DNA of 64,000 nucleotides from a virus: IMG/VR virus record IMGVR_UViG_3300043436_003696, positions 1 to 64,000 of that record; one strand, 5' to 3'. Shown piece by piece: positions 57,977 to 64,000 of this stretch (position 1 is its first letter; each line of letters starts with the position of its first letter). The notes under the pieces were generated by a model. It saw only the letters and a program-made list of their open reading frames with translations, ran no database searches and was not told where the DNA came from. The position numbers and the translations under genes were made by a program.

Positions 57977-58165
57977 TTATTTTAACATTTGTTCTTTAAA
58001 AAGTTTCATCGCTTCCTCGCACATTACTTTTATTGTTTTAGAACAAATATTATTTGAAAATGCCCCTTGCACTTCGTTATTATGCCATTCATAGTTAATA
58101 ACAGTATTGTTATTATTGTCATCTACTTCTATTTCAATGTCTTTTACTTTTACTTTTATTCTCAT
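57977..58165 (-). CDS. hypothetical protein
   Basis: 62-aa ORF. Confidence 0.5.
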   Translation of the reverse strand: MRIKVKVKDIEIEVDDNNNNTVINYEWHNNEVQGAFSNNICSKTIKVMCEEAMKLFKEQMLK

Positions 58166-58336
58166 TTTGATTAAGTTTTGTTTTTAATTTTAACATTTAA
58201 AACAATATCTAAAGCTATATCTATATTAATTATAATGAGTTATAGTCCATTGATTACATTATATGACTTCCGTATACTATGAAAATATATTTTATAGCTT
58301 GTAATTAATATAGTAGATATTGTTTAATATTTTAAT

Positions 58337-58654
58337 TTAAAAAGTTCTTTCTTTTACTATTGCTTGCACATAAGTGTTTTCAATATAATCAATTTCAAAC
58401 TTTTTTTCTTGAGCAACTTTTTCAAATTTTTCTAATAAATCTTCCCAACCATTAGCTTGTCTGTAAAGTTCAGCTATTTTATGTTGACATTTTAATGCTG
58501 CCTTTTTAATATGTTTTTCGCTCATTTCATGCATATTAAATTTTACAGTTTTTTCAGTTTTTCCTTCCAAATATACTTGTCGCCAAATATAAGGATTTTT
58601 TTCTGTTTTAACTACGTTTTTTTTATTTATAAATAAAGCTTTTTGGTTATTCAT
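58337..58654 (-). CDS. hypothetical protein
   Basis: 105-aa ORF. Confidence 0.55.
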   Translation of the reverse strand: MNNQKALFINKKNVVKTEKNPYIWRQVYLEGKTEKTVKFNMHEMSEKHIKKAALKCQHKIAELYRQANGWEDLLEKFEKVAQEKKFEIDYIENTYVQAIVKERTF

Positions 58655-58681
58655 AATTGTAATTTATTAGATTGTTATTTA

Positions 58682-59224
58682 TTAAAATACTTTTGTAGTT
58701 TCTTTTTCAGGTACTTCTTCTACATTTTTACTTATTACTAAAGCTTGTTCAACATTTTCAGAAGTTAATTTAAAAATACCTTCTTCATCTTTAGTTGTTA
58801 AAAAAGAATGTTCGTAAATAGGAGCGTCTTCAAATAATATTTGTTCTCCTGCTGCTGGATGCGTTGAAGGATATACTTTAGGTGCTTGACTTTCATAAGC
58901 AGGTAATTGTTTTTCTTCTACACGAATACCAAAACCTTCTAAAACATCTCCAATACTAAAAGCGTTAGCAATTTCTGTTGTTGAATTTTGAATACATCTG
59001 ATAATACGAGTATTAGACCATCCTAAAAATGTATTTAATACTTTATTATTATTAGCAGTTTTAATACCTTGTACTAAAAACATACTTGTATAAGATTCAT
59101 TTTTAGTTTCTTCTAATGCAAAAATTCTTACTTTACCATCATTTAAAGTTTCTTCACCAAAAGCTTCAATAATTTCTTGGTTAGTGCTGTTTTTTGTCAA
59201 TGATTTAATTTTTTCTAAGTTCAT
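58682..59224 (-). CDS. hypothetical protein
   Basis: 180-aa ORF; PKVYP..HP..G..IL..DAPIY motif. Confidence 0.6.
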   Translation of the reverse strand: MNLEKIKSLTKNSTNQEIIEAFGEETLNDGKVRIFALEETKNESYTSMFLVQGIKTANNNKVLNTFLGWSNTRIIRCIQNSTTEIANAFSIGDVLEGFGIRVEEKQLPAYESQAPKVYPSTHPAAGEQILFEDAPIYEHSFLTTKDEEGIFKLTSENVEQALVISKNVEEVPEKETTKVF

Positions 59225-59253
59225 AATGTTAATTTTTAATTTGTGGTTAAAAT

Positions 59254-59285
59254 AAAAAAGCTACTAACATTACATTAGTAGCTTT
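59254..59285 (-). terminator. rho-independent terminator
   Basis: AAAGCTACTAA...TTAGTAGCTTT stem with a T tract on the minus strand. Confidence 0.75.
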
Positions 59286-59325
59286 AAATCTGCAAGCAAT
59301 TACTTACAAATATTGTTTGGTGTTT

Positions 59326-59595
59326 TTATTTAATTAGTGTTAATGTTAAACTATCACAATTAAGTGTTTTTTGATTTAATATAATAGATAAACATTCATC
59401 ACGTAATTGATTATTAGTTATTTTATTACTAATATTTTTTATTTTTTGTAATTGAATTTTTTCTTCTTTTGTTTTAACAAAAATAGATTTATCTAATTTA
59501 ATTAAAGGTAATCTATTGTTATTTTTTACCATCCAATCATCGTTGGTAGGTTTAATTGCATTAGGATGCAAAGCTGTAATTTGATTGTTTGACAT
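59326..59595 (-). CDS. hypothetical protein
   Basis: 89-aa ORF. Confidence 0.5.
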   Translation of the reverse strand: MSNNQITALHPNAIKPTNDDWMVKNNNRLPLIKLDKSIFVKTKEEKIQLQKIKNISNKITNNQLRDECLSIILNQKTLNCDSLTLTLIK

Positions 59596-59797
59596 TATTA
59601 GTTAATTTTAATGAGTTTCTATGTTCTTCAATTTCTTTTGAAGACAAAAGAATAAAACCTTCACGCATACCCATATAATCACAGCAAGTACATTTTACTG
59701 TTTTTATTTTTTGATTGCTTTCGTATTGAGGTAAATGGTCAATAAGAGGTACTGAACATTGTGGGCAGCCAATCATGTTGTAGTTAGGTGTATTCAT
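59561..59797 (-). CDS. zinc-ribbon protein
   Basis: CPQC...CTCCDY. Confidence 0.55.
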   Translation of the reverse strand: MNTPNYNMIGCPQCSVPLIDHLPQYESNQKIKTVKCTCCDYMGMREGFILLSSKEIEEHRNSLKLTNNVKQSNYSFAS

Positions 59798-59833
59798 AAT
59801 TTTATCTCCTTTCTTTGTTATTAATTAACAATA

Positions 59834-59864
59834 CAAATATAATACATTGTTTTATCAAATACAA
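59834..59864 (-). promoter_or_regulatory. Bacteroidota sigma70-type promoter
   Basis: TTG-N20-TATATTTG. Confidence 0.55.
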
Positions 59865-59865
59865 G

Positions 59866-60123
59866 TTAAAGATAATATTTTTTACCATCTTCAATATTAT
59901 TTTTTATAAGCGTGTTATTTTCTTTTTCTTTTACCTTTTTTTCCTTTTCAATGGTTAAAATATCTGAAAAAATGTCAGTATTATAAAAAATTAAACTAAT
60001 GCTTATTATAAAAGGAGAAAAAATTAAAAAATGATGATTTGTAATAAAACCTATAAAACCTAGTACAGCACTAATAATGTTTAAATATATATTAGTTGAT
60101 ATTTCATTTTTATAGTTCATCAT
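59866..60123 (-). CDS. small membrane protein
   Basis: Two hydrophobic segments; ATG start at 60123 preferred over the upstream TTG. Confidence 0.5.
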   Translation of the reverse strand: MMNYKNEISTNIYLNIISAVLGFIGFITNHHFLIFSPFIISISLIFYNTDIFSDILTIEKEKKVKEKENNTLIKNNIEDGKKYYL

Positions 60124-60259
60124 ATAATTCTTCTTTAACTTTTTCAAATTTAGATTTTATTTTAACATAGCCTATATTAACTACATATCGTATTTTTTTT
60201 AAGCTAATTAACCAATCCATTAAAGCATTTGTGTTTTGTTGATGTGTATTTTTACTCAT
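60110..60259 (-). CDS. 49-aa hypothetical protein (not in the ORF track)
   Basis: MSKNTHQQNTNALMDWLISLKKIRYVVNIGYVKIKSKFEKVKEELYDEL overlaps both neighbours by a few nt. Confidence 0.4.
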   Translation of the reverse strand: MSKNTHQQNTNALMDWLISLKKIRYVVNIGYVKIKSKFEKVKEELYDEL

Positions 60260-60665
60260 ATTGTTTTAATTCTTTTTTTAATTTACTTAATACATGAAGA
60301 CTTATACTATCAAATATAAATAATATAATTATTCCAATTACAATGTCGTTAATAGTTGTTGTTAAACAAATTAATAAACAAGTTAATAAAATCCCTATTC
60401 CAAAATAAAGTATAATAAATAATAAAAAATTTAAAACATTAAATAAGTTTTTATTTTCTATTTTTAACATTGTATTATTATAATTATTTATTACATAATC
60501 ACCAACAGCAGAAAAATATTCTTCAACAGGTACATTAATATTACCGTCTTTAATAATATTAATATTATTATCTTTTAAAAATTTAATTCTTTTAGATAAT
60601 TGTATTATATTATGTTTTTCTTTTGAATAAAGATTATTTAAATCTTCAACCATTATGTATTTCAT
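60252..60665 (-). CDS. membrane protein
   Basis: Two C-terminal TM helices. Confidence 0.55.
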   Translation of the reverse strand: MKYIMVEDLNNLYSKEKHNIIQLSKRIKFLKDNNINIIKDGNINVPVEEYFSAVGDYVINNYNNTMLKIENKNLFNVLNFLLFIILYFGIGILLTCLLICLTTTINDIVIGIIILFIFDSISLHVLSKLKKELKQYE

Positions 60666-60666
60666 A

Positions 60667-60936
60667 TTAATTATTTACATGTTTAATAACTTTACCTTTA
60701 ATACCTAATTTTTTATTACCTACAATAATTTGATTATAAGTTTTAGGTTTTTCACTAGGTGATTTTTTATTTAGTAAAGCAGGTTCTCTATATTCTGTTT
60801 CTACTACAACAGTTTTACAATCTCCTGTTTTTTTATCACATAATAAAGAATGTATTGTGTGTTTTACATTTTCTTGATTTTTTAACATTCTTTTACCACC
60901 AATAATAGCGTAGGTTTTTGAATTACGATTACTCAT
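60667..60936 (-). CDS. basic hypothetical protein
   Basis: 89-aa ORF. Confidence 0.55.
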   Translation of the reverse strand: MSNRNSKTYAIIGGKRMLKNQENVKHTIHSLLCDKKTGDCKTVVVETEYREPALLNKKSPSEKPKTYNQIIVGNKKLGIKGKVIKHVNN

Positions 60937-61055
60937 TTTTATTTGTTATTAAGTTATTAATTAAATTTGTTTTTGTTAAAACAGCAGAACTACATTTCAA
61001 CCTAGTAGTTATTTGTATTATAAAGAACGATAATTGGTTTTAAACTGCTGTTTAA

Positions 61056-61223
61056 TTAATTGATAGGGATAATTCTAATTTTCCCATATTCTTTATCATC
61101 AGTAAATCCTTTTCTAACTAAATTACAATCTAAATAATAAGATAATCCAATATATTTATCAGGAGTTACATTATAAACTAACTTATTTGGTTTATTTGTT
61201 GGTACGTGTATATTTTGTTTCAT
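61056..61223 (-). CDS. modular-array gene I (55 aa, not in the ORF track)
   Basis: Starts MKQNIHVPTNKPNKL, similar to MKNIHVLPTDKPSRL of 62730-63326. Confidence 0.5.
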   Translation of the reverse strand: MKQNIHVPTNKPNKLVYNVTPDKYIGLSYYLDCNLVRKGFTDDKEYGKIRIIPIN

Positions 61224-61233
61224 ATCTTATTTG

Positions 61234-61482
61234 TTAAAGGTTTTGTTGTAGTATTACTACAACAAAACCTTGTTTTGCTGTAATTACTTCATAAGGTCTA
61301 TCTTTAAAAAAAGTTATACCCTCAATAATCTGTTGCTTTTCCATTTCTTTGGCTTGTTTTTTTAACTGCAAATAATCTTCAACCTTAATTGAAATTTTAA
61401 TTGTTCCCATACTCACATTTTCCCAAGAGTCACCTTGTTTCTCAAGTTGCTCTATAAATTGTTCTACTGCTGTTTGTTTCAT
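61234..61482 (-). CDS. modular-array gene H (KQTAVE/AKEMEK family)
   Basis: Shares blocks with genes E and F. Confidence 0.65.
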   Translation of the reverse strand: MKQTAVEQFIEQLEKQGDSWENVSMGTIKISIKVEDYLQLKKQAKEMEKQQIIEGITFFKDRPYEVITAKQGFVVVILQQNL

Positions 61483-61485
61483 ATC

Positions 61486-61746
61486 TTATTTCTTTTTAAA
61501 TTGTTTAACAAGCATACTAAATTCAGCTTCTATTGCTTCCTCACAAGTACTTACTGATTCTTCTTTAAATAATATTGCGTGTTTAAAAAATATTTTTACT
61601 TCTTCCTCACTATAACCTTTTTCTTGTTGATTTGCATATTCATCCATTGCATCAATTATTGTTAAAGGTAAAAGTTCAATAGTTTCTGACTGGTTTACAT
61701 CTTCAAATTGTATATATTCTCTTAAAACACTTTCTGTTGTTTTCAT
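61486..61746 (-). CDS. modular-array gene G (YSEEEV/QFKKK)
   Basis: Likely start MKTTES. Confidence 0.65.
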   Translation of the reverse strand: MKTTESVLREYIQFEDVNQSETIELLPLTIIDAMDEYANQQEKGYSEEEVKIFFKHAILFKEESVSTCEEAIEAEFSMLVKQFKKK

Positions 61747-61750
61747 AATG

Positions 61751-61954
61751 TTATTTCTTTTTAAATTGTTCATCCCAATAAGATATTACTAGTCTATCTT
61801 GCATCATAAAACCTACTGCAAAATCACACATTTGTTTCTTCTCCATTTCTTTGGCTTTTTCAAAAGTTTGTTCTAATTTTACCCATTGACTATTATATAA
61901 TTCTAATTCAAAATCTAATTGGTCAATTAAGTATTCTACTGCTGTCTGTTTCAT
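61751..61954 (-). CDS. modular-array gene F (KQTAVE/AKEMEK/QFKKK)
   Basis: Shared blocks. Confidence 0.65.
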   Translation of the reverse strand: MKQTAVEYLIDQLDFELELYNSQWVKLEQTFEKAKEMEKKQMCDFAVGFMMQDRLVISYWDEQFKKK

Positions 61955-61955
61955 T

Positions 61956-62171
61956 CTATTCTGATTTAAAGGTTTCGTTGTAATATTGTTCTGCTATTTG
62001 TTGATTGTCTAATACATGTTCAGATGGGTATGTATTTTGCCCTTTTATAAAAAAATCAACTATCTGTTGCTTTTCCATTTCTTTGGCTTGTGGTAAACAT
62101 TTTTTGATTTGTTCTAAATTTGCTCCACATTCAATTAATTCTTCTAACCATTCTACTGCTGTTTGTTTCAT
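61956..62171 (-). CDS. modular-array gene E (KQTAVE/AKEMEK/YYNETF)
   Basis: Shared blocks. Confidence 0.65.
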   Translation of the reverse strand: MKQTAVEWLEELIECGANLEQIKKCLPQAKEMEKQQIVDFFIKGQNTYPSEHVLDNQQIAEQYYNETFKSE

Positions 62172-62174
62172 ATC

Positions 62175-62483
62175 TTATTTCTTTTTAAATTGTTCAAACC
62201 ATTTATCAATTTCATTACCATTTATTACAATGTTATGTTGATATGCAAAGTGTCCTAAACACTCATATAGTTTTACTAAAACTTCTTCCTCACTATACTT
62301 ATTCTTGTCTTGTTGAAATTCTTTAAACCAATAGTCTCTTGCTGCATATGATTTAGCACCTTGTTGAAATCCTCTATATACCTGTTGATGTTTTAAAGTA
62401 TTATTAGAATTACCAAAATAGTTTAACAAATATTTTTCAGCTGCTTCTTCAATTGTTTCTTGTTTAGGTTCTTCTTGTTTCAT
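62175..62483 (-). CDS. modular-array gene D (ETIEEAAE/YSEE/QFKKK)
   Basis: Likely start MKQEEPKQ. Confidence 0.65.
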   Translation of the reverse strand: MKQEEPKQETIEEAAEKYLLNYFGNSNNTLKHQQVYRGFQQGAKSYAARDYWFKEFQQDKNKYSEEEVLVKLYECLGHFAYQHNIVINGNEIDKWFEQFKKK

Positions 62484-62484
62484 C

Positions 62485-62733
62485 TTATTTCTTTTTAAAT
62501 TGTTCAATGATTTTATCTTCTTTTTCTTTAGAATAGATACCTCTATCAACTCCTAATAAAAATGATGTTAATATTGCTTTCCTTAAATCTTCCTCACTAT
62601 ACATTCTTTCAGCTTGCCATTTAGCACCATCCGTCCAAATCATTCTTATATCTTCATTTGTATCATAGTCCAATATAATATTAGTAGGATATAATCTTTC
62701 AGCAGCTTCTTCAATTGTTTCTTTATTTTTCAT
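62485..62733 (-). CDS. modular-array gene C (ETIEEAAE/GAKWQ/MYSEED/QFKKK)
   Basis: Shared blocks. Confidence 0.65.
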   Translation of the reverse strand: MKNKETIEEAAERLYPTNIILDYDTNEDIRMIWTDGAKWQAERMYSEEDLRKAILTSFLLGVDRGIYSKEKEDKIIEQFKKK

Positions 62734-63326
62734 CGTTTTGATATATTAAAGTTTTGTTTAAGAACAGTCAATACTTCATAATTAAGTCCATACTGTTTTA
62801 TTTTAGCAAACACATTACCCCATAACTCGTTTTCAAGTGTTTCTTGTTTAGCTTTTTCTTGTGGAATGATGATTTTCCAACCATATTTAGTTTGGAATTG
62901 TCCATTATGTTTTGACAAATCAACTTCAACCTTAACTTCCTCACACTTTGGATTTTTAATAAACCATTCAAGAAACTCATCATCAATAGCTTGTACACCG
63001 TCTTTGATTAAGTTTTGGTCTGTTGTTAAGATGATTTTTTTGCAATTATCTTTATGTCTTGTAGAAATTACATCAAAATTGTTACACCAAACATCATCAA
63101 GTTTAGTACATTTTTCAATATGAAACCCATCAGATTCTCCTGTGATTTTGAATAATTCAACCAAATACCAATCTCCTTCTTTAATTTCTGAATCATCAGT
63201 GATGTAGATGTTTTTGTTTTGACACTCATCTGTTGATAAAGCATATCCTTTTTCAAAAATATATTCATGTGTTGTTAAATATAACCTACTTGGTTTATCT
63301 GTTGGTAATACGTGAATGTTTTTCAT
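62730..63326 (-). CDS. modular-array gene B (KKIILTTD/DGVQAIDDEFLEWF family)
   Basis: Paralogous to gene A. Confidence 0.7.
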   Translation of the reverse strand: MKNIHVLPTDKPSRLYLTTHEYIFEKGYALSTDECQNKNIYITDDSEIKEGDWYLVELFKITGESDGFHIEKCTKLDDVWCNNFDVISTRHKDNCKKIILTTDQNLIKDGVQAIDDEFLEWFIKNPKCEEVKVEVDLSKHNGQFQTKYGWKIIIPQEKAKQETLENELWGNVFAKIKQYGLNYEVLTVLKQNFNISKR

Positions 63327-63327
63327 C

Positions 63328-64000
63328 TTATTTCTTTTTAAATTGTTTAAACCATTCTTTACCTTGAATTAATTTACCTCTAACATTTAATGCTTGTCCT
63401 TCATTAAAAGCATTTATTAAATCTTCCTCACTATACATTTTCTTGTCTTGTTCTTGTTGCCATTTAGCACCTGCAATAAAAGAATCACGTTGCGTTTTAA
63501 ATTCATCATACACCCTTGCACTTTTCCCACTACCTATCCAAAAGGGTTTATGTGGGTACATTCTTTCAGCAGCTTCTTCAAGTGTCTCTTGTTTAGGTTC
63601 TTCTTTAGGAATGATGAGTTTGTAATCACCATATTCAGTAGCAATTCCTCCTAAGTGATTTCCAACTTCTCTTTCGTCTCTATCAACCTCAACTTCATTA
63701 CAACTTGGATTCTTAACAAACCATTCTAAAAATTCATCATCAATAGCTTGTACACCATCTTCGATTAGGTCGGTGTCTGTTGTAAGAATGATTTTTTTAA
63801 AGTATTCTTTGTGAATATTAATATTTACTAAATCAGTATTTTCATTAACTTTACTAATGATATCTTCTCCAAAATGTTTATAGTAAAACCAATCTCCTTT
63901 TTTAATATCTTCTGAATTAGTGATGTAGATGTGTTGGAATTTTGTAGGATAATCTTTATGACCTACTAAGATATTTTGATGATTAGGTAAAAATGTTAAT
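63328..64000 (-). CDS. modular-array gene A, 5'-partial (runs off the window edge)
   Basis: Frame is open from 63999 to the stop at 63328: HIYIT..EDIKKGDW, KKIILTTD, DGVQAIDDEFLEWF, EEPKQETLEEAAE, GAKWQ, MYSEED, QFKKK. Confidence 0.7.
   Translation of the reverse strand, partial: LTFLPNHQNILVGHKDYPTKFQHIYITNSEDIKKGDWFYYKHFGEDIISKVNENTDLVNINIHKEYFKKIILTTDTDLIEDGVQAIDDEFLEWFVKNPSCNEVEVDRDEREVGNHLGGIATEYGDYKLIIPKEEPKQETLEEAAERMYPHKPFWIGSGKSARVYDEFKTQRDSFIAGAKWQQEQDKKMYSEEDLINAFNEGQALNVRGKLIQGKEWFKQFKKK

Larger units (their letters stand above)
61486..63347 (-). repeat. five dispersed copies of the 20-mer AACAATTTAAAAAGAAATAA (QFKKK-stop), usually followed by GATG or GATATG
   Basis: Copies begin on the + strand at 61486, 61751, 62175, 62485 and 63328. 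Confidence 0.85.

Noticed and set aside
35116-63654. Plus-strand ORFs in the minus-strand arm (for example 36091-36363, 47898-48164, 62005-62241)
   Set aside because: They lie antisense to well-supported genes and have no independent support.
1-64000. Stop-codon reassignment (TAG or TGA), known in some crAss-like phages
   Set aside because: Very long genes are intact in the standard code, the only two split genes are explained by introns, and no suppressor tRNA was seen.
61056-64000. CRISPR array or DGR as the explanation for the repeats
   Set aside because: The repeats are of several kinds, lie inside coding frames and are irregularly spaced. No cas or reverse transcriptase gene is present, and there is no template/variable pair differing only at adenines.

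Overview
This is a 64 kb segment of a very AT-rich lytic phage genome, most likely crAss-like (Crassvirales) and infecting a Bacteroidota host, read in the standard genetic code. The + strand (1-32239) carries the end of a tail-fibre gene, a lysis cassette with a DUF5675 endolysin, ring/IHF-like/tail-tubular/muzzle genes and four large virion-ejected proteins, including a 3725-aa RNA polymerase with a DFDFD motif. The - strand (32345-64000) carries the replication and nucleotide module (MazG, UDG, family A DNA polymerase, Gp157, primase, SSB-like protein, AAA ATPase, DnaB-like and SF2 helicases), then rIIA, a macro-like protein, a tmRNA and a long run of small accessory genes. The polymerase and the DnaB-like helicase are each split by a group I intron whose endonuclease ORF reads through the ribozyme core. 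The most unusual elements are: (1) an array of small genes at 61056-64000 built combinatorially from shared DNA blocks; (2) apparently swappable effector modules in the ejected proteins, namely a passenger flanked by a 17-bp FKKGGV repeat and a phosphothreonine-lyase-like domain next to an ADP-ribosyltransferase-like domain; (3) a tmRNA with a 35-aa tag; (4) attC-like remnants between accessory genes; (5) an AAA ATPase with Walker B placed before Walker A. All family assignments come from motif recognition by eye; no database searches were run.
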